DNA of 64,000 nucleotides from assembly GCA_001949185.1 (NCBI GenBank), contig BDGG01000001.1:2621324-2685323 (forward strand). The letters run 5' to 3'. The notes below the pieces were generated by a model. The model did not search any database. It worked only from the letters and a program-made list of their open reading frames with translations, and was not told where the DNA came from. The position numbers and the translations under genes are program-made. This document shows positions 12,478-25,459 of the stretch, piece after piece. Positions within the stretch are counted from its first letter, which is position 1, and every line of letters begins with the position of its first letter. The DNA comes from Ramazzottius varieornatus. Lineage: Eukaryota > Animalia > Tardigrada.

Positions 12478-13278
12478 ATGTCTTCTAATAAGTTTCTGTT
12501 TGTTTGCCGTGTAATTCTATTGTTTCAATTCTCAGTTTTTATCGTAAGTGTAGAATTTTGAGCTGCGACTGCGAGTACAGCGTGTAGGTCGTATCTATTT
12601 AATCTCTAATTTCATACCCTGTTCCAGGCGGACAGCGTAGCCGCGGAACTGTCTGTCGCTGAAGAAAAGCAGAGGATTCAAAGCGTCATACTGGACGAAG
12701 GAGATCAAACCGTGATCGAGTGTCCGCGGGGGAGAGTATTACGGATAAAGACGGCTCAGTATAGAATCACGGACGAGAAGGTACAGCAAGTAGCCCGCTT
12801 CTGCACTATAGATACGGTTTTTACAAGGTTTACACTGCGAATCGAATTTCCTGGAACAGAGGGTTTCCGGTACCATTCGTCCTAACAGCGCATTCTCACA
12901 GATTTGTGGACCAGGCTTTTCAACTTGCCGTAACAACTGTTCTGGTTCGGTTATCTCTCAGAACCTGGCAAAGAGATGCGACCTGAAGGAAAAGTGTCCA
13001 GTGGTGGCCCGTGGGCCCGCGCAGCGGGATTCATGCAGTACTCTACCGGAACCACTTTGTATCCTCTACACATGCAACACGGTAGAAGAAGCGCAGTCTC
13101 TCGGGAATCCGGCGGAGACCTACATGGAGGTCAGTGAAATATTTGTCCGTAATTGTAGTTTCGAATTGAAGCCTTCAATATCGGGCTACCGTCACTCACA
13201 ACGGTTTTCTTCCTGCTGTAGATCCTGCAAAGCCCTATGTGCAACTTCAAGAAGATCAGGAGGTTCTGCGAGTTTTGA
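12478..13278 (+). CDS. Secreted SUEL/Gal-lectin-like protein; exons 12478-12543, 12628-12780, 12902-13129, 13222-13278
   Basis: Signal-peptide exon MSSNKFLFVCRVILLFQFSVFI, then IECPRGRVLRIKTAQY...C...C...SQNLAKRCDLKEKCPVVA...DSC...LCILYTC. Canonical phase-0 GT-AG introns. Confidence 0.75.
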
Positions 13279-14264
13279 ACTCGTTTTCGAGACCAGAAAT
13301 CTGTACATACGACATACTGTAACTTGTGATCCCGAACCATTAGAACCTTCTGATGGACGAAAATAGCTCCGTCAAGGAATATCACTTCACCCTCTTCTTT
13401 TTTTTTCGTGAAGTCAGCCCGAGCTAGTTGCGAAGGACGGCGAAATATTCCCGAATTACTCAGCCTAGCCTGCCAGGTTGTTCGCAACAAGGTAAGCGCA
13501 ATCAATTCGCGCGTGCCAGGGCAGACTACTTTTTCGTCAATGAGTTGTTAGTCAAGCGAGCAGCGTTCGACTATTTGTCGGGTCTGGTGGACGTACGTTT
13601 TGTGTAGCCGTGTAACAAATTCCTTCCTTTCGGATGACAAGTTAGGATTAATTCATTATGCCCGAAAACGAGTTCAAGTCAGTGAAGTCTCGACGATTCA
13701 ACATGCTTAAACTAGCTGTGGAAACATCATGACTCCGTATTTTTCCCGAATCTATTTCAGTCTTCTGACGAAGCGTCGTCCTAGTGGATATTTCTTCGAA
13801 ATGGCACCCTATAGATATATACCGAAATAAACAGTATCAAATCAAAACTTGCCGAACGGCCCACATCTTCAGATTCGCTTTTTTTCAAATAAATCTCGTT
13901 GAATATGCATTTTGGTCTTAGTTCGCGAATCTTGTAAGGATAAGTCATAAAGATCACAGCTTCCAGCCAGGACAGCCCATTCTGTGCAGGCTAACAATAC
14001 CTTTGTCTAATTGTCTTGGCCTGATTTCCTGGCTGGTACTCCGCAAACTGCGCCGCTTCTGGGACACGCACACTACGCGCCATATATTGCGATAGCTTGT
14101 TCGATCAACGTTTCAGAAGTGGCCATGTGCGGAGTTCACTTGAGACTACTGTACTCGTACGTTTCCTTTGTGAGACATGAAAAATTGTAGTTCAAGTTGA
14201 ACTTGCAGTACTCACAAGGGTCTTATAGTATTGTGTTTAATACAAAACAATTAATTCCTCCACG

Positions 14265-17200
14265 TTAATTACAAGTACGACCAAAGAGTAGTCTGAAAGT
14301 AAAAATATCCGGTGACTTTTGTTCACAAATATTCGTATTGAATTTTCTGAAGCCAGTGGAGGGAGCAATAGCGACCGTGAGTTCGCTGTGGGCATGGTTG
14401 CCTACGGGCACGGTGAAAGCGTCCACATTGTCAAGGATGTTTTGATGGTACGCCGTCGACAGTCGATGATAGCATCCATCACCGAGAATTCTGTACCCAC
14501 AGGTAACCAGCGAGGTCGCGGGTTCACCCTCGAACCAGACAGTCAGGTTGGATTCTGCATAGTGCTTGCTCAGGGGTAGAGTGATGATGAATGTGTTGTC
14601 GTGTCCGCAGTCCTCCGACCCGTTCTTTGAGAAGCAGTACTCTCGGTCGACGACAATGTCGGGTTCGATCAAAATAATCTTGTGCATTAGAGGACCCCAT
14701 CGGTTTTCTGCGAAGAAGAGGAACAACGATAGCAATGAATCTGTGTACGAATTTGTAACTCTGAACTTGTAATTTTTATCGAGTCGATTTTGGTTGAGTC
14801 AAAAAGTTAATTCTCACCATGGTCCGCCTCGAGCCAGTTGGCTCTTCGAGCTGTCTGATTACAGTGGACTTGCGGTCGCGGCAGAGGCTCGAGAAGGTCC
14901 TTCATAACTTCAGGGCCTGCTGGTGCAGTATAAACGATGGCTTGTCCATCGTTCATCTCTTTTCCGACCAGGTTTCCAGAACTAGGAAGGTCACCCTTCG
15001 TGAATCCTGCGAGAACAAAATACAAAAACTGTAGCTTATTATTCGAACCGCTGAGTTGTGCTAGGCTAACGATATCACCACCTTTCTCTTGGCCGAGAGA
15101 GATTTTCAAATCTCTTTTGTTAAAGTTGTACTGGTTTCCAGACTGGTACTCCGGAAAGAACGCTGCTTCCGGGACAGGTAGAGATCGTGCTACTGGTCGA
15201 GATAAATTATCCGAGCAACATCGCAGGTGCGGCCATGTGCGGCAGTTCTGCTGGGCATAGGTGTCATTCGCCAGACATTGTGGGTCCGATGCGATCAACG
15301 GCGATGCGTTGCATGCATCCGCTGTAAAAAGCGCCAACCACTGATCGTGGTCTCCCGTTATAACATGCGGTAGTATCCTGGTCATCCCCACCGGTCCGGC
15401 CGTGGCTACGGGAAGCTGTGGGGGTATGAAAGTGGCATTGAGGTCCCGGTTGATTATAACTGACGGTAACGTGGCTTCTAGGTGTGTTTTCTGTTTGGTG
15501 GAAATGACCAACATCGCTATAAGGGCGATGAGGCTGATGGAGACTATCGTGACGAAGGCTAGTATGAAGCACTGAAGGAGTTGATGTTTCTCGAGGAAGG
15601 TAGCAGGCTGCTTTTTCGGACTCGATTTATCTTCTTTGAGGGGAATACCGGTAATAGAGTAGACTGAAGGGCGGGCGGAAGCCGAGAAAAAGGCACCGGC
15701 GGTACATGTGGTGGCGCCACTGTAGATGGACTTGCCGGTAATCGAGCTGAAGTTAGAGCGGACACTGTCGCCACGCTTGAGCTTGAGAACCCGGCGGATT
15801 TTGTTCAGGCGGTCCTCGATGGTTACAATGGTGTTGCCGAGATTATCTGTCACGCTGCACAGTGCCTGAGAAGATAAAACTGTCCTTCATCAGAAAGGTC
15901 GATTTGTGAAGCCTGGTGACGGTCGAAAGTGAAACGACAGGCCGGCGAACAACTCGATAAGATCGTTTCCCTTTTGGCGCACGTTCTCATCGTCATTACC
16001 TAAGAGCGTGCGCCACTTGAGGAAACAGCCAGACTCGGTAGAACTGTTTTCCCAACTGGCGCAAGACTTCAGTCAATAACACTGGAAATATGCACCACGA
16101 GATGAATCGATTTTGTCGAGTTTGTTTGCCGAACTCTCTATAATGTGGTTTCTACCTGAACAGCACCGACTCCTTCCATGAAAAGTCGGTCCTTATTGAC
16201 CATCAAGAAGTTCTCGATCGTCTCCCCATTTTCCAGTTCCAGGTCTCCGACGAACTCCACAGCTTCCGGTATAGTCTGCAGGAGATCTTGCGCTAATATC
16301 CCCGTATCGTACTGCGCCGCTCCACTCAGCTGCAGAGTCTGGCACACATCGTCTTTGTACTTGTACCGGTACAACGTCAGATTCCGGATGTTCTCTAGCT
16401 GTTGCATATTGTCCACTCCTCCCAGGATATCCTTCGCTCGCGCATCGGACGGCTGGTTGATCCGTCCACTCACATTGACGTTGCCGCGAACATCCAAGGC
16501 TTCGGTGGGCTTTTCGGTATTGATGCCGATTCTACCTACGTGAAAGATGGTGTCATCGTCTTGGGTTCCTCGCTGCCATGCCGGACTTGGCTGGGCGTCG
16601 CTCTCGAACTGACCAGGGTTGGAAGCTCGGACGATGATGTTTTCAGAGGCTGAAGCGTACATCAACTGCCGGAATGATTGACCTGTTCAAGACACACCGA
16701 TTCCTTCAACGTAAGTTATTGTTTGCCAGTAAGATTTTCGTTTCATATTCTTTTCAGGTTCATCTTTCAATGTTTTCTTACTTCCGGTTCAAAAACCTCT
16801 AATCCCAGTATTTGGCGTTACTCATATATTTTCCCAACTATTGTGTTCGAGGTTGGGGTATTGCTTACCTGTTTGTTGGTTTGTGCACTCCGCGTAAAGT
16901 CCTACGACAAGTCGGAAGAAACGCTGGTCTGAATTCGGCTTGCCCTTCTTCCGCATATTGTTCGCGGTGGTTTCGCTGAAGTGTAACCGCCCGATGATGA
17001 TCTGCTTTTGGAGGTTGGCGGGAGACACAAAGTGTGGAAGGTACTCCTTGCGGCTTCGGTCACTTTGTGACTGCTCGATTTTGATCTTGTTCGACAGCTG
17101 CTGAGCTTCCGTCTTGACGCCGAAGAGTTCAATGTAGTATCCGTTGATCTTGTGGTAGACTGCACTGGTAGTTCCTGGGGTGATCTGAACAAAGTCGGGT

Positions 17201-19065
17201 ACTCCGAGGATGGCGACCTGAAGAGTTACTTGGAAGTGGTTCTTCTTTTGGCATATGAAGGCATCGTCCACCTGGCAATGCGAAAGACCACGTACAAAAG
17301 TTTACCTGAACTCTGTGTGCAACGCTGGATTCCCAGCTGTTTTGCGAAATTAAGAATTTGAAACTCAAATCTGTAGAGTAACCACTTAGTGGCTTCTGGG
17401 AATACCGGTAGTCAGCTCGTGCGAATTCCATACAAAAATTTTTCGGTTTCAGTCTGAAGCCTGCCAAACATTCACGACACTGCCTGCCAACCTAACGGCA
17501 AAAATCTTATGACAGTACACTGCACATGCTCTAACTGGTTTAATCAAGTGATCAAGTGGCAGGTGTTCGGCTGTGCGGGCATGGCGAGCCGTATCGTTAA
17601 CTCGGAATCAGACTGTCTGATTTTCGTTTTTCGAAATCGAAAAAAATAATATTAGTTCTCCTCACGACAGGCCGTAAAACTCCGTTGATTGTGTTGACCT
17701 TGAAAGTGGATTACGAAGTTTCGCTTTCAAGATAGGCAGCCCTCGAGTAGCTTATCTTGAAAGCGAAAACAGATTATTCTCTGCACACTTGACTCAAAAT
17801 TTCAAATTTTCATTTCTCAGCTGATCTCTGTCTGCACAGTGCTTCACGTTGCGAGATACCGTTTCAGTGTCGGGGATATCGACAGACAGAGACTAGCCAG
17901 AGAGAAAACCATGAATTTCAGCCTAGTCAGGAGGCAAAGTTTCCTACAAACCTATCCCGCAAAACTCGCGCATTTCCGCTCCCGTTTCCGAGACTTTGGA
18001 AAAACGCAATTTTTGCCTCACTCATGACTAATTTCCATTGATCAAGCAAACTCAAGTTATAAATCAACCGTTAGCGACATAAATAGCTCGTCGTGAGGAG
18101 GACTATTATACGGATTTCGAACGAGCTGAAATTGAAAGGCCGGCAGACCGTCACAGAAGGTAAGAATTCGTTCTCACCATGTGGCGCACTGTTCCAGCTA
18201 ACACAAATGCGAATGTGCGCTACTTTGGAAACGATCCCGTCCACTTCGTTTATTGAGCTCCCAATTTAAAGGACCTCGTAGGGCAAAACAATTTATTTGG
18301 GGAGGCCAAGTGTTTCCGGCGGTCAATTACGCCCGGCCCGGCCCGGCCCGGCCCGAAGCCGTATTTTGAATAGAATAAACTTACTTGCGAATGATTGAAT
18401 CCTTTGTCGGCTTGCACGTTAAAATCCGTGAAGATCGTCGGTCTTCCGCAAATATCCACCGCTGTACACCACTGATCTTGGAAGACAGGCTTGAACTGGA
18501 TGGTTCGATGTCCATCCTCGAAAACCGACGGCACGGAAGACTCCTGATAGAACTGTCCCGGTAAGAACTGCGCACCTCCCTCACTTTGCGAAAACGGCAC
18601 AAAGCTCAGCTCGTCCTCATGCTTGCAGCTCAGTAATGAGCGCGGTGACGAAGAATGATCGCTGTAGCTGGCTGACGACCCTCTGAATCTTTTGTTCGGG
18701 CTTTCGCTGACGTCGTACGGTGACAACAGGTGCTGAGACTTCTGTGGCGGGAATAGAACAGCTAGTGAAGGTGGAGTTCCGGAGGAGCTGGAGTAACTGG
18801 GTGAACCCTGGACACCCGCTTGAGCAACGAAGCGGGAGGGAAAGGATTCAGGAGGATTTTCCGGGAAAATACGAGGTGCGATACTGTTGAGCTGATTTGG
18901 ATACTGAGCAAAGTGGTTCGACTGATTGGTTTGATTTGGCACATTGTAGAAATTCGTGTCGAAGGACCCGCCATATGGGAAATAATCAACATCATCCCGG
19001 TCGGGGCCGCCGAAAGTGGACCCTTCTAGTCCAGTCCCGCTGTACGAAGGAGTAGTCTGATCCAT
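14265..19065 (-). CDS. MYRF: Myelin regulatory factor (Ndt80/PhoG DNA-binding domain, ICA/peptidase S74 chaperone, TM segment, C-terminal luminal domain); extra 5' exons possible near 19100-19220
   Basis: DKGFNHSQ|VDDAFICQKKNHFQVT, GRLHFSETTANNMRKKGKPNSDQRFF, IIVRASNPGQFE, autocleavage motif QPSDARAK, LMVNKDRLFMEGVGAV, a TM helix and the C-terminus FRLLFGRTCN*. Confidence 0.95.
17653..18105. mobile_element. MITE-like element in a MYRF intron
   Basis: Terminal inverted repeats TAGTTCTCCTCACGAC (17653) and GTCGTGAGGAGGACTA (ending 18105) with one mismatch. Internal palindrome with 16-bp arms at 17719-17768. AT-rich flanks. Confidence 0.55.
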
Positions 19066-20710
19066 CTAGAATATACGTTTACCCGTCAAAACAGGTCCAC
19101 CTTGAATATTTCTAGAATGTTGAGGAAGTCCTGAGAAGCTCGAAAGTAAACATGCAAAGTAAGATAAAGTGCAAGCAGAGTCACGCGAATGATACGTCGC
19201 AGTGGAAATCACGCCGCATGTCTGCGAATCGGCCGAAGTATCGAATCGAAGGAACGACGAAGGAGATAAGATTTGACAATAAGCAGAGCTCCACAGACAA
19301 ATTCAAAAGTGGATAATACCGGGTGTATTGACAGTTGTATGGGCGGGTGCATCGCGATTAAGTGCAGGTCTGGAATAAGGACTGTAACCTGCGTGCAGAT
19401 GGTGGGCCATACCGGCAGCCCCGTTCTGGCGTATGATCTCTCGAAAATAAACCAGTGTTTCGTACAAGCACAGACCAGTGGCACCATATTGATTTCATTT
19501 CGGTCAGGCGAGGCGTGCTTGGGAGGTGTCTGATCCAACTCGACAAAATCGTGTCTCCAAGTGGCGCACGCTTTCGGCCAGTAACACCGAAAATGTGCGC
19601 CACTTGAGGAAATGATCTTGTGCGACTCCCGCTTGTGTTCACAATGGCTCTCCATGCCGAGCTAGGTTCAGTCGGTAAGGTAAGGATGGACAGTGGACAG
19701 GGCAGTGAAGAAAAGATGATGTGTGGTGTAGCGGTGACAGCTTTCTCAGGCGCTGGAAAGAGGACAAAAGCCAGTCTGGCTGATCCACCTTCAGACCTAA
19801 TAATTTTCCGCGTGAGTTGCCATCAAACCTTGGGCAGCATGACGGAATGATAATGCAAGGACTTTTGTGTCATCAATTATGTGGCCATATCTGCTGACCT
19901 TCGTCGCCTACCTTCCAGTCGACAATCCAAACCTGTAAAAGATAAGAGGAAGCTCTTTGTTGTTCATCCAGTTATCACGAAGCTTAAGAAGTAGGCCCAT
20001 ATCTTCAGTGTAAGATTGTGTGGTCATCTTCGTTCTGTAGTGGGTGCAAGCTTTCACGCTTGGGTAACGTTTAACCAAGAAGATAGTGTAATGTTTATTG
20101 AATTTCCGATCAAGAGTACTAGATTATTCTGTCTCTCCTTTTCAGCTTCCTCGTCATCCAGAAAAACCCTGCAATAGTTACACATCATTGAAAGCATTGC
20201 CCAAAAGAGTTAGACACGGTCGCGAAGGGCCTTGAGGTGACACCGGACAAAACTGAGACTCGTCAAAGATCGTCGTGTGCAAGTAGGGCACGCTTTCAGT
20301 CAATATGTCGGGCGGATAACCCAAACAACGTGCGCGAATTGGGAAAACGAACTAGCTCGACAACATCACTTTCCAAGTGGTGTACTCGCGTACTTAACAA
20401 TAGTGAGAACGTGCGCCATTTAAGGAGAATAATGGCATCGAGTTTGCTTGCCAAGACCCCAAATGTAAGATCGGCGACTGAATAAATTACAGACTAAATT
20501 ATCAACAAGAAAGGAATCTAATGTGAAATAGAAGAGATCAGCAGCACCGGCCAATCGTCGACCTGGTAAACCGGAAGTTCGCGACAACAGCTTCTTGCAG
20601 CTACAAGTTCTGAACACTCCTACTACACGCGTAAGGTGGTACTGTAAAGGTAACCTTCTTTGACAAAGACGTGACGCTGAAGACCGTGAACAAAGTAGGG
20701 AATCATGAGC

Positions 20711-23700
20711 TCACGGCTGATAGCGGTTCGCCACAACGAGCCCCAGCGCGGTCATTAGTACACCGACAGCAACTGTCGAATGTCCGGTGGCTCCCTTTCC
20801 ATCAGTTTCATGCGTATGCCCTGGTGTTTGGTGTTTCTTGAATTCTTTTAGCGGGAGGTACGCCGGAAAGTTGTCCGGAGGGGATAGGATGTCTGGGTAT
20901 GAGCCGTTCTTCTCGACCGAAAAGAGAACGCCCATGCCTTGGGCTAGGTGCCATTCCACCTGACAATAAAACACCGCATACAGTGCTGAAAATGCATCCC
21001 TTCCGGCGGTCACGTGGTCTCATACCATTAATAATAATTAATGCATCTTCAGCACTGTATAAATACTGCGTAAAAGTAAAAAGCAATATGCAAAAACTCG
21101 AATATGTACTTGCACTGATCAAATTTATCTTTTACTCCGTGAAAAAATCACCGCAATTCGTAATGTTTTCCACGCAGATTTGTCTTTTGTATTTTTAAAT
21201 CTTCTAAACAACTTTGCGGCTCTGAACTTTCTATTTTTATTTTTGATTTTGAAATTTCGAATGCTTACGTGGCAGTGCATGAGCCAAGGACCCTGGTTAT
21301 CCGCCGTGAACCTAAAAATTGTATATCCCATCCTAGCCACCGTGAACGAGTCACCAACAGTCAAGACCTCCACAGGTTCGTGCAGCGGTATATCTCCACA
21401 GACTTTACCATCCAGCACATCCGGCTTGATGGCCAAGGTCCTTGTGTAGTTGCACGTGTCTTTGGTCTTGTAGAAGGCTTCTTTATCCAGGTCCCCGGTT
21501 GCCACAAAGTCCACATAGTATCCGTGAATGTGAAACGGGTGCTGTTGAGGGTTCATTGAGACCATCACGATCTCGTAAGTCTTTCCGAACTCCAGTGGGA
21601 TGAGATGAGTTTGGAGGAGGTTACCTTCGGAGCCTTTTCCGTGATAAGCTATCGTACTGTTCGGCGACTTGCCTACCAAAAGAAAATATGATCAGGCAAA
21701 AAGTAAACATAATCACAAACCGCACTCCTAATTCCAGTAAAAATCGACAAGAAATACGAAACAATTGCTACAGCCTCGGCTAACAAAGTCGGCCAGATCT
21801 TCCTCAAGTGGCGTACAATATCAGCCAAAGATATGGAAAATGTTTGCCACCTGTGGTGACAGTCAAACTCGAGAAGGTCGTTTTGCCTGGTGGCGCACGC
21901 TTTCAGCTAATTATATTGAAGATGTGCGCCACTTGGAAAAACAACCTTTTCGGGTTGTTCGCTAAACTTCTAAGAAAATAGAACCCTGATAATAAAGATG
22001 ATCCAAACGTATGTTCCGAAAGTTTAGCGTTTGTTGCGTCAAATTTTGATTCTTGTTGGAGCTGGAAAATGTTAACTTGGTGGCCGTTGTTGACTGCTGT
22101 ATTTTACTGGTACCGTAACAACGTTAACCGGGAATTGAACAAGTTCAGTCTACATTTTTTCGAAAAGCGCAGATACCCGGAATCAGTGAAACGGAAAAGA
22201 ATTTTAACCTAAATAGACTGCTTGCAGTAAAGGTTCCGCCGGCATCATATGCGTGATATTATTGACGGTCCATTCTTCTAAAGGATGTCCCGAGTTGATA
22301 TCATACGCTTCGGAGTACTGCAGCACTATCCTGTGATCCGCTGCTTTCGTCATTCTCCTCTTTTTCTCCAACGGCCTCAGCTGATACTCGAAAGTTTCCG
22401 CTTCCTCATCCTCCGGTCCATGTCCGTTCGGCGCAGCCGTCTCCACCTCGGCCTCGTTTGTGGCGTTGGGGTACGTCAAGAGTGCAGAAGAGAAGAAACT
22501 CAGCTTTGGGTTGTTTGCCCCGTGAGGTAGAAAGGTGTACGACGGTGCGACGAACATGCGGTATTTCAAGGTGGGTTTTGAGCAGACAACGATGACGTCA
22601 AGCCGTTGGGAAACCGGAATGGAGACGCTGCGGAAGGACAGAGGGATGGTCTCAACACCGTCGCGGGCTACCACTGTGACGTTGTGGTGATCGATCCAGA
22701 ACCTCAGTGTCAAGCTAGTTCCTCCATTTATCAACCTCAAATGAAATATCGACTGTTTTTGGATTCGGTAAACAAATCCAATAAGATTATTTTCAGGGCG
22801 GCGCGCGATTTTACCCAAAAGCAATAGACGAGTGCACCACTTGATTAAGCAGTTAAACTCGACAATATCGTACGTTTTTCAAATGACACACACGTCGAGT
22901 GATAGGGGCTCACACCGCACGCCACTTGATAAGTCTAAAGAAAAGTAGTCTGATTTAGTTCTACGCCGTCTCTTGATTTATTCTACATCATGGCGGAATC
23001 ATTTGATTTCGAAGATTTTACCTCAGTCTCGTAAAGCGATCTTCGCATTTAAATTCGTCCATTGGGTGAGGACTGGGGTCGCATGGACCGAAGAAAGGGT
23101 CTCGCTGGTGCAGGCACTGGTCCTTACCTACGATAAAAGATCATAGTTCAGCGATGCACACTTAGCGCGGTCAGAGTACCAAGCGGAAGTCAGTTTACCG
23201 GCACAGGTTGAGGTATAGGGGAACCATGCGGCCGGTGTAGATCGGAAGAAAGACACACAAGAGTTGTTGAAGTAGCAATCGAACTGACCACGACCATTGA
23301 TGAGGACCGAGACAGCGCGCCATGGGTAGTTGGGTACGAAGGGCTGGCCGTGGCTCATGCGGAAGGCGTCATAGGGACCGCGGTAGTTGAGCAGGAGGTC
23401 GTCACCGGTCTCATGGAACCAGTCTTGGAGGAGCATAGTGTAGTCCTTGTTGTAAGGAAACGCCAGTTTGACGGGATCAGGAATGCCATCTGGATAGTCG
23501 ACGACGAGAGGACCCAGCAGACCGTCACCGTACTGAACGCCAGCTAAAAAAGGGTTATGTTATGTATAGGAAAAAATGACATTTCGCGAAGCTGAGTTTC
23601 CATTTTCCAACAAAAAAGCCATAACTGTCTCAAAAATTTCCATACTACCATAAAAACGGTTATTGAACCTCCAAGTGACTTCTTAGGAAGTCGTGTTTAC

Positions 23701-24341
23701 GTTTGATCGAACTTTGCAAACCTTAAAGCCGCAGTCGATATCATTTTCCAAATTTTTTGTCAGAAAGTCTAATCTAAACCTTTCAAGTTTTCATCCAGTG
23801 TTCTTAATTCATGATCCTAAACGTACTATACTTACTGTGGGAATGGTACCAGAAAGTGCCGGTTTGAGTCAAGTTGAATTCGTAAGTGAAGGTGTGACCA
23901 GGAAGAATGGCGGGCTGCGTTACTTCAGCGACTCCATCCATCCAAGGATTACTGAAACCGGCTCCACATCATCAAACAGTAATTGAAGCCGCCCCTTCAA
24001 CATGCAGCAGTCTAAAATTAAGACAACAAAATAGAACCGTACTTGAGCATGTGAAGCCCGTGGAAATGCAGAGAGGTACTGTCATCGTCGAAGCTATTCT
24101 TGACTTTGACCATCACTGTGTCTCCCAGTTTCCCGCGAATAGTCGGACCCGGAAACGGACGGTGTGTTTCCCATTTGCAACCATGGTGCGCCGGGTCGTC
24201 GAAGACCCCGATCACGGCGCGTGGATATCCATCGGGATTCGATGGAACTTTCTTCAGGAGGAACGAGTAGTTGACTAGAGCAGCTTGAACTCCACACAAC
24301 ACACAGAAACCGACTGTGATAAACACTACAGTCACGCACAT
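20711..24341 (-). CDS. Multicopper oxidase (laccase/ascorbate-oxidase-like) with signal peptide and hydrophobic C-terminal tail
   Basis: All four Cu motifs are present across the exons: [14 protein letters not shown] (exon ~23836-23952, with [10 protein letters not shown]), HPFHIHG, and [12 protein letters not shown]|VEWHLAQGM. Confidence 0.93.
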
Positions 24342-24915
24342 TTTGGAAAAATTTTCACCCGTGACATGGATATATCGAGAGGAAGAAAAACTACGAGTAG
24401 CCTTATTATTTTCTGTTGAACACACACGAGGAAAATCCACGTGCAAGAACTTGGATAGATATCAGTACAAAAATTTCGGGGTTGGACGGAGAGGCGAGTG
24501 ATAAACCAGCCATTGCCTTCCATATCAGGCTTACCGCTAACTGACACTCTATCCCGGAAGGTCCTGCGATAGGACACTAGGTTTACCACAATGACTCCTC
24601 GCCGTAATCAGCCGAGCCTGATTAGTGATTACTGCTCTCAATGTCGTCACAAGACGAGAGGTAAGGACTAAGGAACGAGTGTCGAGACTGAAACACATTG
24701 AACCCAGTAAATCCATCTGGACATGCAGGATTGCTTTCCCAATGAATGCACCTTGCCACAGTACAGTCCTTGGACGACACCAACACAAAAACGTTTTCCT
24801 CTTTGTCCCCCAGAAAGCGATAGAGCTTTTCCTCTGAAACTAATATGTTTTTCTGAACAGAGAACTGAAGAATCACATAGGAACTTGCCAAACGAGCTCG
24901 ACAAGAACGTTCGCC

Positions 24916-25350
24916 CAATTGGCGCACGCTTCAGGTATTATCGGCTGGAAGCTTGCGCCTCTCGGTAAAACTATCTTATCGAGTTTGATGTTTTGGTCGA
25001 GTGGCGCACGATGTTGGTGTTTTGAGCTGGAAGCGTGCCGCACTTGGCAGACCCGGTCTCTACGAGTTCCTTTTTCCAACTTCCCTACATTCTATTTGAA
25101 CTACTCCCTACCAGTAGGTGCAAAGTCTCAACGTATCATCTTCCAGTTTCAGGGCAGACTCGACATGGTTGTTCTACCAAGTAGCGCACGTTTCTTGTGT
25201 TATTGGCTAGAAAAGTGAGCCATCTGGCAGAATTGAAAAGATCATTCGCCCAAGTAGCGCACACTTCCAGCCCACAACAATGAGGACGTGCGTCACTTGA
25301 GGAAACAAACTAGTCGTAGTGCTTTTTTTCCAAGTGGCGTACGCTGCTGG
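24916..25350. repeat. Largest array of the dispersed palindromic CAAGTGGCGCAC-N(~26)-GTGCGCCACTTG repeat family
   Basis: Units start at 24916, 24998, 25178, 25251 and 25330. Related copies lie at about 18 other non-coding loci (see findings). Confidence 0.85.
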
Positions 25351-25372
25351 CCACTAATGGGGCATTATATTA

Positions 25373-25449
25373 TTATGTCCCATTCGTGCTTACGCGTCGG
25401 CGACGCCTTTGACTTCTGTCGCCGACGCGTAAGTACGAATGGGGCATAA
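25373..25449. repeat. Near-perfect inverted repeat (32-bp arms, 13-nt loop)
   Basis: TTATGTCCCATTCGTGCTTACGCGTCGGCGAC versus GTCGCCGACGCGTAAGTACGAATGGGGCATAA, with two mismatches. Confidence 0.9.
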
Positions 25450-25459
25450 AGTGGCACTA

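Noticed and set aside
16138-16665. Phage-tail-like intramolecular chaperone (peptidase S74) ORF as prophage or recent HGT
   Set aside because: It is the well-known ICA exon of MYRF, spliced in frame between the Ndt80 domain and the TM region.
18331-18354. (GCCCG)n microsatellite, and similar short tandem repeats at about 38372-38393 and 61901-61932
   Set aside because: Ordinary short non-coding tandem repeats.
24916-25350. CRISPR-like interpretation of the regularly spaced palindromic repeats
   Set aside because: The linkers resemble each other rather than being unique spacers, the units are degenerate and dispersed in introns, the context is eukaryotic, and no cas genes are present.
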